This document shows, one piece after another, positions 7,680 to 16,076 of a stretch of 32,000 nucleotides of DNA; the stretch's first letter is position 1; every line of letters begins with the position of its first letter. The translations under genes were made by a program, and so were the position numbers. The DNA comes from Bacillus subtilis subsp. subtilis str. 168 (GTDB lineage: Bacteria > Bacillota > Bacilli > Bacillales > Bacillaceae). The notes under the pieces were generated by a model. It worked only from the letters and a program-made list of their open reading frames with translations, was not told the DNA's origin and did not search any database. Where the stretch lies: positions 1,050,001-1,082,000 of the forward strand of contig NC_000964.3 of NCBI RefSeq assembly GCF_000009045.1. The letters run 5' to 3'.

Positions 7680-9185
7680 TTGCAAATTAAAATAGAAGGC
7701 ATACATGATGACCGCCTGCATCGGCCTCTGCAAAATATTGCAAATTTGTTTTATGAAGAGTGCGAGCTTGCGTATGGCGGAGAGGAGCCCGCAGATTTTG
7801 TCATTTCTTTAGCGTTGTCACAAACGGATGAGCATGTGACGGTTTCTGGAGAAGTGAAGGGTACTGGCATAAAGGAACAGCATACAAAATTCTTTTCTCC
7901 AGACATGACTGAAAAAGAAGCTTTTAAGCAAGTGAAAAACACAATTTCTTATGTGTATCTCAATCTTCTTCAGGCGCATACGGGCATTACGCAGAAGTGG
8001 GGAATCCTCACAGGAATCCGGCCCACAAAGCTGCTTCATAAAAAACTGCAAAGCGGAATGTCCAAGGAGCAAGCGCATGCTGAGTTGAAAAAAGACTATT
8101 TAATTCATGATGAAAAAATCATGCTAATGCAGGAAATTGTTGACCGTCAGCTGGCGGCAGTGCCGGATTTGTACCGAGTAAAGGATGAAGTCAGCATTTA
8201 TATCGGCATTCCGTTCTGCCCGACAAAATGCGCGTATTGCACATTCCCTGCGTACGCTATCCAAGGACAGGCGGGCAGAGTCGGCTCATTCCTATGGGGA
8301 CTGCATTACGAAATGCAGAAAATCGGTGAATGGCTGAAGGAGCATGATGTTAAGGTTACAACCATTTACTTTGGCGGCGGGACGCCGACAAGCATTACAG
8401 CGGAGGAGATGGATCTGCTGTATGAAGAAATGGTCCGCTCCTTCCCGGATGTGAAAAACATTCGTGAGATTACGGTGGAGGCCGGTCGTCCTGACACGAT
8501 TACAGAAGAAAAACTCGCCGTTTTAAACAAATATGACATTGATCGGATCAGCATCAATCCGCAATCCTACGAAAACGAAACGCTAAAGGCGATCGGGCGG
8601 CACCATACGGTTGAAGAGACCATTGAGAAATATCATCTGTCACGCCAGCACGGCATGAATAATATTAACATGGACTTGATTATTGGTTTGCCTGGGGAAG
8701 GCGTGAAGGAGTTCAGGCACAGTCTTTCAGAAACAGAAAAACTGATGCCGGAATCCCTTACCGTTCATACTCTTTCATTTAAACGGGCGTCAGAAATGAC
8801 GAGAAACAAGCATAAGTACAAAGTTGCCGGCAGGGAAGAGGTTTCTCAAATGATGGAAGACGCGGTAGCCTGGACGAAAGAGCATGGGTACGTGCCTTAT
8901 TATTTATACCGCCAGAAAAACATTCTTGGAAACCTTGAAAACGTCGGATACTCTTTGCCGGGACAAGAAAGCATCTACAACATTATGATTATGGAAGAGG
9001 TGCAGACGATTATTGGCATCGGCTGCGGCGCTGCTAGTAAATTTATTGATCGGGATACAGGGAAAATTACGCATTTTGCGAATCCGAAAGATCCGAAATC
9101 GTACAATGAGCGCTTCGAGCACTACACGGACGAAAAAATCAAATATTTAGAGCAGATTTTTGAAAAAACGACAAAGCAGCACTGA
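7680..9185 (+). CDS. hemZ: Radical-SAM HemN-family protein HemZ (annotated as oxygen-independent coproporphyrinogen-III oxidase 2), 501 aa
   Basis: CxxxCxxC radical-SAM motif (CPTKCAYCTF). ORF-track frame 7671..9185. I chose the TTG at 7680 (GGTGA 5 nt upstream) because it gives the 501 aa I recall for HemZ. The GTG at 7671 and ATG at 7674 remain possible. Confidence 0.9.
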   Translation: MQIKIEGIHDDRLHRPLQNIANLFYEECELAYGGEEPADFVISLALSQTDEHVTVSGEVKGTGIKEQHTKFFSPDMTEKEAFKQVKNTISYVYLNLLQAHTGITQKWGILTGIRPTKLLHKKLQSGMSKEQAHAELKKDYLIHDEKIMLMQEIVDRQLAAVPDLYRVKDEVSIYIGIPFCPTKCAYCTFPAYAIQGQAGRVGSFLWGLHYEMQKIGEWLKEHDVKVTTIYFGGGTPTSITAEEMDLLYEEMVRSFPDVKNIREITVEAGRPDTITEEKLAVLNKYDIDRISINPQSYENETLKAIGRHHTVEETIEKYHLSRQHGMNNINMDLIIGLPGEGVKEFRHSLSETEKLMPESLTVHTLSFKRASEMTRNKHKYKVAGREEVSQMMEDAVAWTKEHGYVPYYLYRQKNILGNLENVGYSLPGQESIYNIMIMEEVQTIIGIGCGAASKFIDRDTGKITHFANPKDPKSYNERFEHYTDEKIKYLEQIFEKTTKQH

Positions 9186-9205
9186 TTACAGTGCTGCTTT
9201 TTTTA
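9173..9205. terminator. Terminator hairpin between convergent hemZ and khtU
   Basis: 10-bp stem AAAGCAGCAC/GTGCTGCTTT followed by a T-run on the plus strand. The minus strand also has a T-rich sequence after the stem. Confidence 0.8.
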
Positions 9206-10420
9206 TCCCTGTTTTTTTGCGGGCTGAACCTCAGGCTTCCATTTAAATACCTTGTTCAGCAAGCGGTAAATTCGTTTTGATTCCTTTGTGACAAGCGGTC
9301 CCAAAATCGCCAGAATGAGGACATATAATGCGGCAAACGGCTTTAATGTGGCCGACAGTCCGCCGGCTATCCCGAGATTCGCAACGATAATCGAAAATTC
9401 TCCCCGCGATACGATCGTCAGCCCGATATTCGATGAAGCCTTATGAGAAAGCCCTGCGCGTCGTCCTGCCACCATTCCGGCGATAAAATTTCCCAGAATG
9501 GTCAAAATCACTGCACCCAACGCAAGCCAAACCGCTTCACCAAGCGAAAACGGATCGATGCTGAGGCCGAAGCTGAAAAAGAACATCGCACCGAAGAAGT
9601 CGCGAAACGGAACAACGAGGTGTTCAATCCTATCGGAATGCTCTGTTTCTGAAAAGACCAAACCGAGCAGCAGCGCGCCGATTGCTTCTGCTACATGAAT
9701 CGTCTCTGAAAAACCGGCGATAAAAAAGAGTGCTGCGAAAATGACGATAATAAACACTTCGTTTGAGCGAATGTCCAACAGTTTGTTCAACAGCGGCGGG
9801 AGTTTTCTTGCTGCGATAAAAAACAGCAGCATATAACCGAAGGCGATCAAAATGGACAAGAGTGCACTCCCTACGGATGTCGCATCACCTAGTATAAGGC
9901 CGGAAACAACGGACAGATATACGGCAAGGAAAATATCTTCAAACATGATGATGCCGAGAATCAATTCGGTTTCCGGGTTGGCGGTTCTTTTTAAATCAAC
10001 GAGCACTTTTGCGACAATCGCACTTGACGAGATTGTGATGACGCCTGCGAGGATGAGGACTTCCAGAAAGGAAAATCCGGTGATAAACCCGTAAAGCAGT
10101 CCGAGGCTGAAGTTAATCAAAATATAAATCGTCCCGCCGACCGCGATTGATTTTCCTGATTTGATTAACTTCCCGACAGAGAATTCGAGTCCGAGATAGA
10201 AGAGGAGGAACAGTACGCCCATTCGCCCGAAAAACTCGATGATTTCACTGCTTTGAATAAATGTTAGATCAATAATCCCCATTTTCGGCGCGTGCGGTCC
10301 AACAAGCATTCCCAGCACAATCAGAAACGGAATAATCGAAAATTTAATTTTATTGGCGATCACACTGGCGATTGCCACAAGCACAAGTGCAGTTCCGACT
10401 TCAAATACAAGATGGTCCAT
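9203..10420 (-). CDS. khtU: K+/H+ antiporter, CPA2 (Kef-type) family, 405 aa
   Basis: Polytopic membrane protein. It begins 6 nt after the khtT stop, suggesting translational coupling. The size and order match yhaU/khtU. Confidence 0.9.
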   Translation of the reverse strand: MDHLVFEVGTALVLVAIASVIANKIKFSIIPFLIVLGMLVGPHAPKMGIIDLTFIQSSEIIEFFGRMGVLFLLFYLGLEFSVGKLIKSGKSIAVGGTIYILINFSLGLLYGFITGFSFLEVLILAGVITISSSAIVAKVLVDLKRTANPETELILGIIMFEDIFLAVYLSVVSGLILGDATSVGSALLSILIAFGYMLLFFIAARKLPPLLNKLLDIRSNEVFIIVIFAALFFIAGFSETIHVAEAIGALLLGLVFSETEHSDRIEHLVVPFRDFFGAMFFFSFGLSIDPFSLGEAVWLALGAVILTILGNFIAGMVAGRRAGLSHKASSNIGLTIVSRGEFSIIVANLGIAGGLSATLKPFAALYVLILAILGPLVTKESKRIYRLLNKVFKWKPEVQPAKKQG

Positions 10421-10426
10421 CGGGGC

Positions 10427-10924
10427 TCACACGCCCTCTCCAGAAAGAAAATCGTGAATCAGTTTCTTCAGATGCTTTCTCTCACCTGAGAGGACAAGGG
10501 TGTCATTTTCTTCAATAATCGAATCCGCTCCGGGATTTAGGAGCTTTTCCTGGTTGTGTTTGATAATCGCAATAACAGTGACATCGTAATTCTGGCGAAC
10601 ATCAAGCTCACCGAGTGTGCGTCCGATCGATTTGGCGCCTTTTTCGACCTTAAACCATTCAATAATAAGATCGCTGAAGGCCATTTCGATGGACTCCAGA
10701 GCTTGCGGTTTATAGACCATGCCCCCGAGAATAGCTGCAATTTGCCTTGCTTCAGAATCATCCAATGAAATATTTGAAAGAAGCTCATCCGGGTCCCGGT
10801 CATTAAACCGGTAAATTTCCCTTCTTCCGTCATCATGAATGATAATCGTCATTTTTTCGTGGCTTCTTGTTTCGATTTCAAACTTTTTGCCGATGCCCGG
10901 CAGATCGTTTTCTTTAATATTCAA
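10427..10924 (-). CDS. khtT: K+/H+ antiporter regulatory subunit with a TrkA-C/RCK_C domain, 165 aa
   Basis: TTG start with GGAGGGA 6 nt upstream. It is a soluble protein with a C-terminal RCK_C-like segment (DVTVIAIIKHNQEKLLNPGADSIIEENDTLVLSG). Confidence 0.9.
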   Translation of the reverse strand: MNIKENDLPGIGKKFEIETRSHEKMTIIIHDDGRREIYRFNDRDPDELLSNISLDDSEARQIAAILGGMVYKPQALESIEMAFSDLIIEWFKVEKGAKSIGRTLGELDVRQNYDVTVIAIIKHNQEKLLNPGADSIIEENDTLVLSGERKHLKKLIHDFLSGEGV

Positions 10925-10987
10925 TGAAAATCCCTCCGAATGTAGTGTTGGCAGTATGGGGTGAGTTACAAATAAAACTTGAGCAAA

Positions 10988-11305
10988 TTATATTCGGAGG
11001 TAATTAGACTGGTATTTGACAGGGACGGCCAAAGCCTTTTCCAGCCTGTTTATCAGCGGTTCGTCAAGTGGTTTGACAGAGAGCTGCCTGACAGACTGCG
11101 CCAGCGGGCTGTACTCTTTGATCAGCTCAGCCGGGTGCATGCTGCCCGGCGATGGCGTTTTTGCCGATTGTGTTTCCTGCGGATATGAAGACATAGGCAC
11201 ATAGCTGTCAGTGCTTGCTTCAAACTGGGAAGGCAGAACCACGTCCGAAGGGGGAAAGTACACCATAAATAAACTTAACAGAAAACTGATCAGCAATTTA
11301 TCCAT
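10988..11305 (-). CDS. khtS: Small secreted or membrane-anchored modulator KhtS; start uncertain (105 to 113 aa)
   Basis: ORF-track frame 10988..11329. The ATG at 11305 is the only start with a strong, well-spaced SD (AAGGGAGGAAAGG). It yields a signal-peptide-like N-terminus, MDKLLISFLLSLFMVYF. The upstream ATG at 11326 would give 112 aa. Confidence 0.75.
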   Translation of the reverse strand: MDKLLISFLLSLFMVYFPPSDVVLPSQFEASTDSYVPMSSYPQETQSAKTPSPGSMHPAELIKEYSPLAQSVRQLSVKPLDEPLINRLEKALAVPVKYQSNYLRI

Positions 11306-11346
11306 GTTCCTTTCCTCCCTTCTCATCAAGATATCCCTTCTTTTTC

Positions 11347-11375
11347 ACTATATAAAACTTTATGTTTCCATTCAA
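11347..11375 (-). promoter_or_regulatory. Putative sigma-A promoter of khtSTU (TTGAAT, 17-nt spacer, TATAGT)
   Basis: The minus strand reads TTGAATggaaacataaagttttaTATAGT, about 40 nt upstream of the khtS start region. Confidence 0.5.
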
Positions 11376-11490
11376 ACAATATGCATTTTTCAGTATCTAT
11401 TGACCTTGAAAAATAAAAAGGTTTATTTGGGGATGGCGGGGAATGTATAGGAGAAAGAAAAAAGTAAGCGCATACATGGAGGTGCTTTTA

Positions 11491-12258
11491 ATGGAGTTTG
11501 TTCAATATGCATGTAATGGGGCCGTTGCAGAGATTATCCTGAATCGGCCTGATGCCCATCACGCCCTGAATGAACAGATGCTGTCTGAATTGAAGGAGGC
11601 AGTCGAAATGGCGGCTGCAAGCGAGGCGCTCATCGTTCTCCTGAGAGGAAGCGGGAAAGGCTTTTCGGCCGGCGGTGATATCAGGATGATGACGTCAGAG
11701 CATGACCCTGACCAATTTAAACGGCTGATGGATACGATTGAGGCTGTCACCCTGAATTTATATCAGATGAAGAAAGTGACAATTGCAGCCATTCATGGTG
11801 CTGCTGCGGGACTGGGCCTGAGTTTGGCGCTTTGTGCGGACATTGTGCTCGCTGAAAAAAACGCCGTTCTCGCGATGAATTTTATCGGCATTGGGCTTGT
11901 TCCGGACGGCGGAGGACATTATTTGCTGAAGAAAAGAATCGGTGAAGCAAAAGCGAAAAAACTGATTTGGAGCGGAAAAAAACTATCTGCCTCGGAAGCT
12001 GCCGATATGGGGCTTCTTGATGGGACATTTGCCGGAGACCCTGCCGAAGGCGCAAGACCCATTATCGAAACCCTGTTGGCCTCCCCTCTTTTGGCGATGA
12101 TCGAAACGAAAGGTATTTTTCAAAGCCTCCAAATTGAAGAACTGAAAAAAGTGCTATCCCTTGAGCGCAGCGCCCAAGAGAGAATGAGAAGGACCAAGGA
12201 TCACCAAGAAGGAATCCGTGCCTTTTTAGAAAAACGGGAGCCGAAGTTTCAAGCGTAA
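11491..12258 (+). CDS. yhaR: Enoyl-CoA hydratase/isomerase (crotonase) family protein YhaR, 255 aa
   Basis: ORF-track frame 11443..12258 trimmed to the ATG at 11491, with GGAGGTG 6 nt upstream. It carries the crotonase oxyanion-hole motif GKGFSAGGDI. Confidence 0.9.
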   Translation: MEFVQYACNGAVAEIILNRPDAHHALNEQMLSELKEAVEMAAASEALIVLLRGSGKGFSAGGDIRMMTSEHDPDQFKRLMDTIEAVTLNLYQMKKVTIAAIHGAAAGLGLSLALCADIVLAEKNAVLAMNFIGIGLVPDGGGHYLLKKRIGEAKAKKLIWSGKKLSASEAADMGLLDGTFAGDPAEGARPIIETLLASPLLAMIETKGIFQSLQIEELKKVLSLERSAQERMRRTKDHQEGIRAFLEKREPKFQA

Positions 12259-12263
12259 CAGAT

Positions 12264-12310
12264 CAGCCGGAAAGCTGATCATCTGTGAAACAAAATCAGC
12301 TTTCCGGCTG
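12264..12310. repeat. 16-bp perfect inverted repeat spanning the yhaR / small-ORF 3' junction
   Basis: CAGCCGGAAAGCTGAT (12264-12279) is the exact reverse complement of 12295-12310, with a 15-nt loop. There is no U-tract on either strand. Each arm is itself internally palindromic (CAGC-N6-GCTG). Confidence 0.7.
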
Positions 12311-12464
12311 CATTGACTAAACGATGAGTATGACTATGAAGCTCTTTTTCTTTTAAGAGGGCTTCACCATGCGTTTTTGCCGCTTCTTCATGTTCTGCCT
12401 CGAATTGCTCGTTTACCAGCGTGTTCCCCGAAGGATCAAATACGGTAAGGAAATAATCAGCCAT
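12279..12464 (-). CDS. Small acidic hypothetical protein, 61 aa (possibly yhzC)
   Basis: ATG preceded by GGAGGAG with 6-nt spacing. It sits in its own intergenic slot between yhaR and yhaQ. I recognised no motif in it. Confidence 0.7.
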   Translation of the reverse strand: MADYFLTVFDPSGNTLVNEQFEAEHEEAAKTHGEALLKEKELHSHTHRLVNAAGKLILFHR

Positions 12465-12590
12465 CAGGTTTCTCCTCCATTTTAAGGTTTATCAGTCTTT
12501 CTTCATTTATATTCTAAAAAGGAAATCAAAATCCTTTATTATGCTTTATCCAAAATTAGTATATAATGGGTCAGGGAAGGAGGAGATTCA

Positions 12591-13487
12591 GTGCTTACAA
12601 TTGATCACGTAACGAAGACATTTGGAGATTATAAAGCCGTTGACGGATTGGACTTAGATATTCCGGAACAGCAAATGTTCGGTCTATTAGGCGCAAACGG
12701 AGCGGGAAAAACAACAACGTTTCGCATGATCCTAGGATTATTAAGCATTACGGAGGGCTCAATCAGCTGGAAGGGCCGTCCTGTGAATTATCATATCAGC
12801 AACAAAATCGGTTATTTGCCGGAAGAGCGGGGCCTTTATCCGAAAATGAAGGTAAGGGATCAGCTCGTCTATCTTGCCAGATTAAAAGGGATGGAGAAGC
12901 GAGAGGCTGTAAAAGAGCTCGGGACATGGCTTGAACGCTTCAATATTACAGATTACGAGAATAAGAAGGTGGAAGAGCTTTCGAAGGGGAATCAGCAGAA
13001 AATCCAATTCATTTCGGCAGTTTTGCATAAGCCGGAGCTCCTGATTCTTGATGAACCATTCAGCGGCTTGGACCCTGTCAATGTTGAGCTGCTAAAAGAG
13101 GCCGTGATCTCGCTGAAAAACAGCGGTGTTTCTATTTTATTTTCAAGCCATCGGATGGAACATGTGGAGGAGCTTTGTGAGAACCTTTGCATATTGCAGA
13201 AAGGAAAACCGGTTGTACAAGGCAAGCTGAAGGAGATCAAGCGTTCTTTCGGTAAAAAGAATGTTACCATTCACTCCGATGACGATCTGCGCTTTTTGCA
13301 GTCCCATGAAGGCATTCTTCAATGGAAGGAAACGGCAGACGGCGTCAAGCTGCAGATTGCCAATGAAGACATTTCTCAAGAGATTTTTGCGATGCTCCAA
13401 GGAAAAGGGTTTATCAGAAAGTTTGAGCTTGAAGAGCCGTCACTGCATGATATTTTTATAGAAAAGGTGGGGGCCGTCTATGAATAA
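12591..13487 (+). CDS. yhaQ: ABC transporter ATP-binding protein (NatA-like), 298 aa
   Basis: GTG start after GGAAGGAGGAG. Walker A GANGAGKTT, signature LSKGNQQK, Walker B LLILDEPFSGLD. Confidence 0.92.
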   Translation: MLTIDHVTKTFGDYKAVDGLDLDIPEQQMFGLLGANGAGKTTTFRMILGLLSITEGSISWKGRPVNYHISNKIGYLPEERGLYPKMKVRDQLVYLARLKGMEKREAVKELGTWLERFNITDYENKKVEELSKGNQQKIQFISAVLHKPELLILDEPFSGLDPVNVELLKEAVISLKNSGVSILFSSHRMEHVEELCENLCILQKGKPVVQGKLKEIKRSFGKKNVTIHSDDDLRFLQSHEGILQWKETADGVKLQIANEDISQEIFAMLQGKGFIRKFELEEPSLHDIFIEKVGAVYE

Positions 13488-14739
13488 ATTTTGGATCATG
13501 CTTTCTCATACATACAAAAATAAGATTATGGCAAAATCCTTTATTATTTCGACTGTCATCACGGTGCTGCTTGTTTTAGTTGTAACGAATCTGGAGTCGA
13601 TCATTTCTTTGTTTCAAGGTGACGATGCGAAAGAAAAAATCGCCGTTGTTGATGAAACAAACGAATTATATCCGGTTTTTTCTAAGCAGCTGAAAGCGGT
13701 GGATACAGACGGCGATCTTGATGTGAAGCTGTCGAAGCAATCGGAGGATGAGGTCACAAAGCAAGTCAAAGATGAATCACTCGATGGCATGCTCATCATC
13801 AAACGAGATGAAAAAGGGACCATTTCAGGAACATATAAAGCGTTAACGATTTCTGATGAAAGCACGTATCAAACACTGCAGCAGGCGCTGACGCAAACCA
13901 AAACAGCTGTCGGAACAGCGGAGCTCGGCGTGTCGCAGGAAACGATTAGCAGCCTTTATGCGCCTGTTACTGTGGGGCAGAAGGCGCTGAAAGAAGGGGC
14001 AAAGTCTGAGGAAGAGCTTGGCCAGACGGTAGGGCTTGTTTACATTATGCTGTTCGTCATTTATTTCTCGGTGATTATGTATGCCAGCATGATAGCGATG
14101 GAGGTCGCAACCGAAAAATCTTCGCGAGTTATGGAAATCCTGATCTCAAGTATGCCGCCGATCCAGCAAATGTTTGCAAAGCTGCTTGGTATCGGGCTTG
14201 TCGGGATCACACAGCTTGCTATTATTATAGGAGCCGGCTCTCTGTCGCTTAAGCTGAACCAAAAGAGCGAAACGGCTTCATCTGTCGGCGGATTCCTTAA
14301 TTTGACCGACGTATCTGCAACCACTGTCATCTATGCTGTCATTTTCTTTTTGCTCGGATACTTTTTGTACGCGACACTTGCCGCGTTTCTCGGCAGTGTC
14401 GTCAGCAGAATAGAGGACGTGCAGCAAACGATCACGCCGATGACGCTTTTGGTTGTCGCCGGTTTTATGATCGCGATGTTCGGTTTGAATGCGCCTGACG
14501 CAGGATTTATTACGGTAACTTCGTTTATTCCGTTCTTTACGCCAATGATTATGTTCCTGCGCGTCGGCATGCTTGATATTCCGTTCTGGCAGGCGGCTGT
14601 CGGAATCGGAATCACACTGCTCACCATTGTCATACTGGCCGTTATCGGCGCCAGAATTTATAAAGGCGGTGTATTAATTTACGGCAATTCAAGCGCGTTC
14701 AAAGCGATCAAACAAGCGCTACGTTTAGCGAAAAACTGA
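13480..14739 (+). CDS. yhaP: ABC-2 type transporter permease (NatB-like), 419 aa
   Basis: It overlaps yhaQ by 8 nt, with SD AGGTGGGGG. It has an N-terminal TM segment, a large extracytoplasmic loop and a C-terminal multi-TM bundle, typical of ABC-2 permeases. Confidence 0.9.
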   Translation: MNKFWIMLSHTYKNKIMAKSFIISTVITVLLVLVVTNLESIISLFQGDDAKEKIAVVDETNELYPVFSKQLKAVDTDGDLDVKLSKQSEDEVTKQVKDESLDGMLIIKRDEKGTISGTYKALTISDESTYQTLQQALTQTKTAVGTAELGVSQETISSLYAPVTVGQKALKEGAKSEEELGQTVGLVYIMLFVIYFSVIMYASMIAMEVATEKSSRVMEILISSMPPIQQMFAKLLGIGLVGITQLAIIIGAGSLSLKLNQKSETASSVGGFLNLTDVSATTVIYAVIFFLLGYFLYATLAAFLGSVVSRIEDVQQTITPMTLLVVAGFMIAMFGLNAPDAGFITVTSFIPFFTPMIMFLRVGMLDIPFWQAAVGIGITLLTIVILAVIGARIYKGGVLIYGNSSAFKAIKQALRLAKN

Positions 14740-14744
14740 TTGGA

Positions 14745-14779
14745 AAACAGCCTGGGGATTCTCAGGCTGTTTCTTTATT
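14745..14779 (+). terminator. Rho-independent terminator after yhaP
   Basis: 10-bp stem AAACAGCCTG/CAGGCTGTTT followed by TCTTTATT. Confidence 0.8.
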
Positions 14780-14782
14780 GAC

Positions 14783-14796
14783 AGAACGTGCATTCG
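14783..14796. promoter_or_regulatory. LexA (Cheo) box upstream of yhaO
   Basis: AGAACGTGCATTCG, with one mismatch to GAAC-N4-GTTC. It directly abuts a TTGACA hexamer (14778-14783) about 50 nt upstream of yhaO. yhaONM is a reported SOS operon. Confidence 0.65.
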
Positions 14797-14845
14797 CAAG
14801 AATTCGGTGCTAAAATAAGGGTACTTCATCCTGGAAAGGAGCAGA

Positions 14846-16072
14846 ATGTTGACTGATCTAACCTTTATTCATGCGGCAGATCTTCATCTTGACAGCCCGT
14901 TTTACGGGATATCGCATCTGCCGGAGCCGATTTTTGCCCGGATTAAAGAAAGCACGTTTGCAAGCGTGAGACATATGATAGACGCCGCAGTGAGAGAGCA
15001 CGTTGATTTCATTTTGCTTGCGGGAGATCTGTTTGATGAAGCCAATCGAAGCTTAAAGGCTCAGCTCTTTTTGAAAAAACAGTTTGAAAGACTCAGAGAG
15101 TGCGGAATTTCGGTATACGTCATCTTTGGGAATCACGATCATCTTGGCGGGGAGTGGACGCCGATTGAATGGCCTGAGAATGTCCATATTTTTTCGTCCG
15201 CTGTTCCAGAAGAAAAATCGTTTTTTAAAGAAGGCAGGCGCATAGCAAGCATTTACGGCTTCAGCTATCAAGCCAGAGCATTGATGGAAAACCAAGCCGC
15301 CCGCTATCGGAGATCAACTGACGCACCGTTTCATATCGGCATGCTCCACGGCACGCTGTCAGGATCTGAAGGACACGATCCGTATTGCCCGTTTACACAT
15401 GACGACCTCGTGAAAAGCGGGATGGATTATTGGGCGCTTGGCCATATACATAAACGCCAGGTTCTATCTGCCGAGCATCCGGCAGTCATTTACCCGGGAA
15501 ACACGCAAGCACGCCATATAAAGGAGACGGGAGATAAAGGCTATTATCTCGTTCATGTGACAAACGGAGATATATCTTATGAATTTCAGAGAGCGCATGA
15601 TGTCCTGTGGGAAAAAGCGGCGGTTGATGTGACGGAGGCAAAGAATATGACAGCCCTCTTCCAAATGGTGGAGGACACGTTTTCGAAGCTGCGGAAAAAG
15701 GGGAGCCCTGTTTGTGTAAGGCTTGTTTTACAAGGGACGGCGCCGGAATGGCTGCTGGAGGCGCCAAAAGGCACCTTGGATGAGTTTCTTGAAGCTCTTC
15801 AGGAACAAGAAGCGGAAGAGGAACGTTTCGTTTGGCCTCTTAGATTGGACGATGAGACAGAAAACGAAGCAAACCTAACAAACCTTGATCCTTTTTTTGG
15901 CGGTTTATTTGAAGACATTGATCGCAGCGATCTGTCAGACGTGCTGGAAGGGCTTGAGCGGCATCCAGTGTATAGAAGGCACGCGGACCGGTTTAGCCAA
16001 GAGGAGGTAAAGGAAATAAAAGAGCAGGCACAGATAATATTGAAAAGACAGCTTAAGGTGCTTGATACATGA
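14846..16072 (+). CDS. yhaO: SbcD/Mre11-family metallophosphoesterase nuclease (YhaO, also SbcF), 408 aa
   Basis: Calcineurin-like phosphoesterase motifs are present: HAADLHLD, GDLFDE, GNHDH and GHIH. SD is AAAGGAG. Confidence 0.92.
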   Translation: MLTDLTFIHAADLHLDSPFYGISHLPEPIFARIKESTFASVRHMIDAAVREHVDFILLAGDLFDEANRSLKAQLFLKKQFERLRECGISVYVIFGNHDHLGGEWTPIEWPENVHIFSSAVPEEKSFFKEGRRIASIYGFSYQARALMENQAARYRRSTDAPFHIGMLHGTLSGSEGHDPYCPFTHDDLVKSGMDYWALGHIHKRQVLSAEHPAVIYPGNTQARHIKETGDKGYYLVHVTNGDISYEFQRAHDVLWEKAAVDVTEAKNMTALFQMVEDTFSKLRKKGSPVCVRLVLQGTAPEWLLEAPKGTLDEFLEALQEQEAEEERFVWPLRLDDETENEANLTNLDPFFGGLFEDIDRSDLSDVLEGLERHPVYRRHADRFSQEEVKEIKEQAQIILKRQLKVLDT

Positions 16073-16076
16073 GGCG

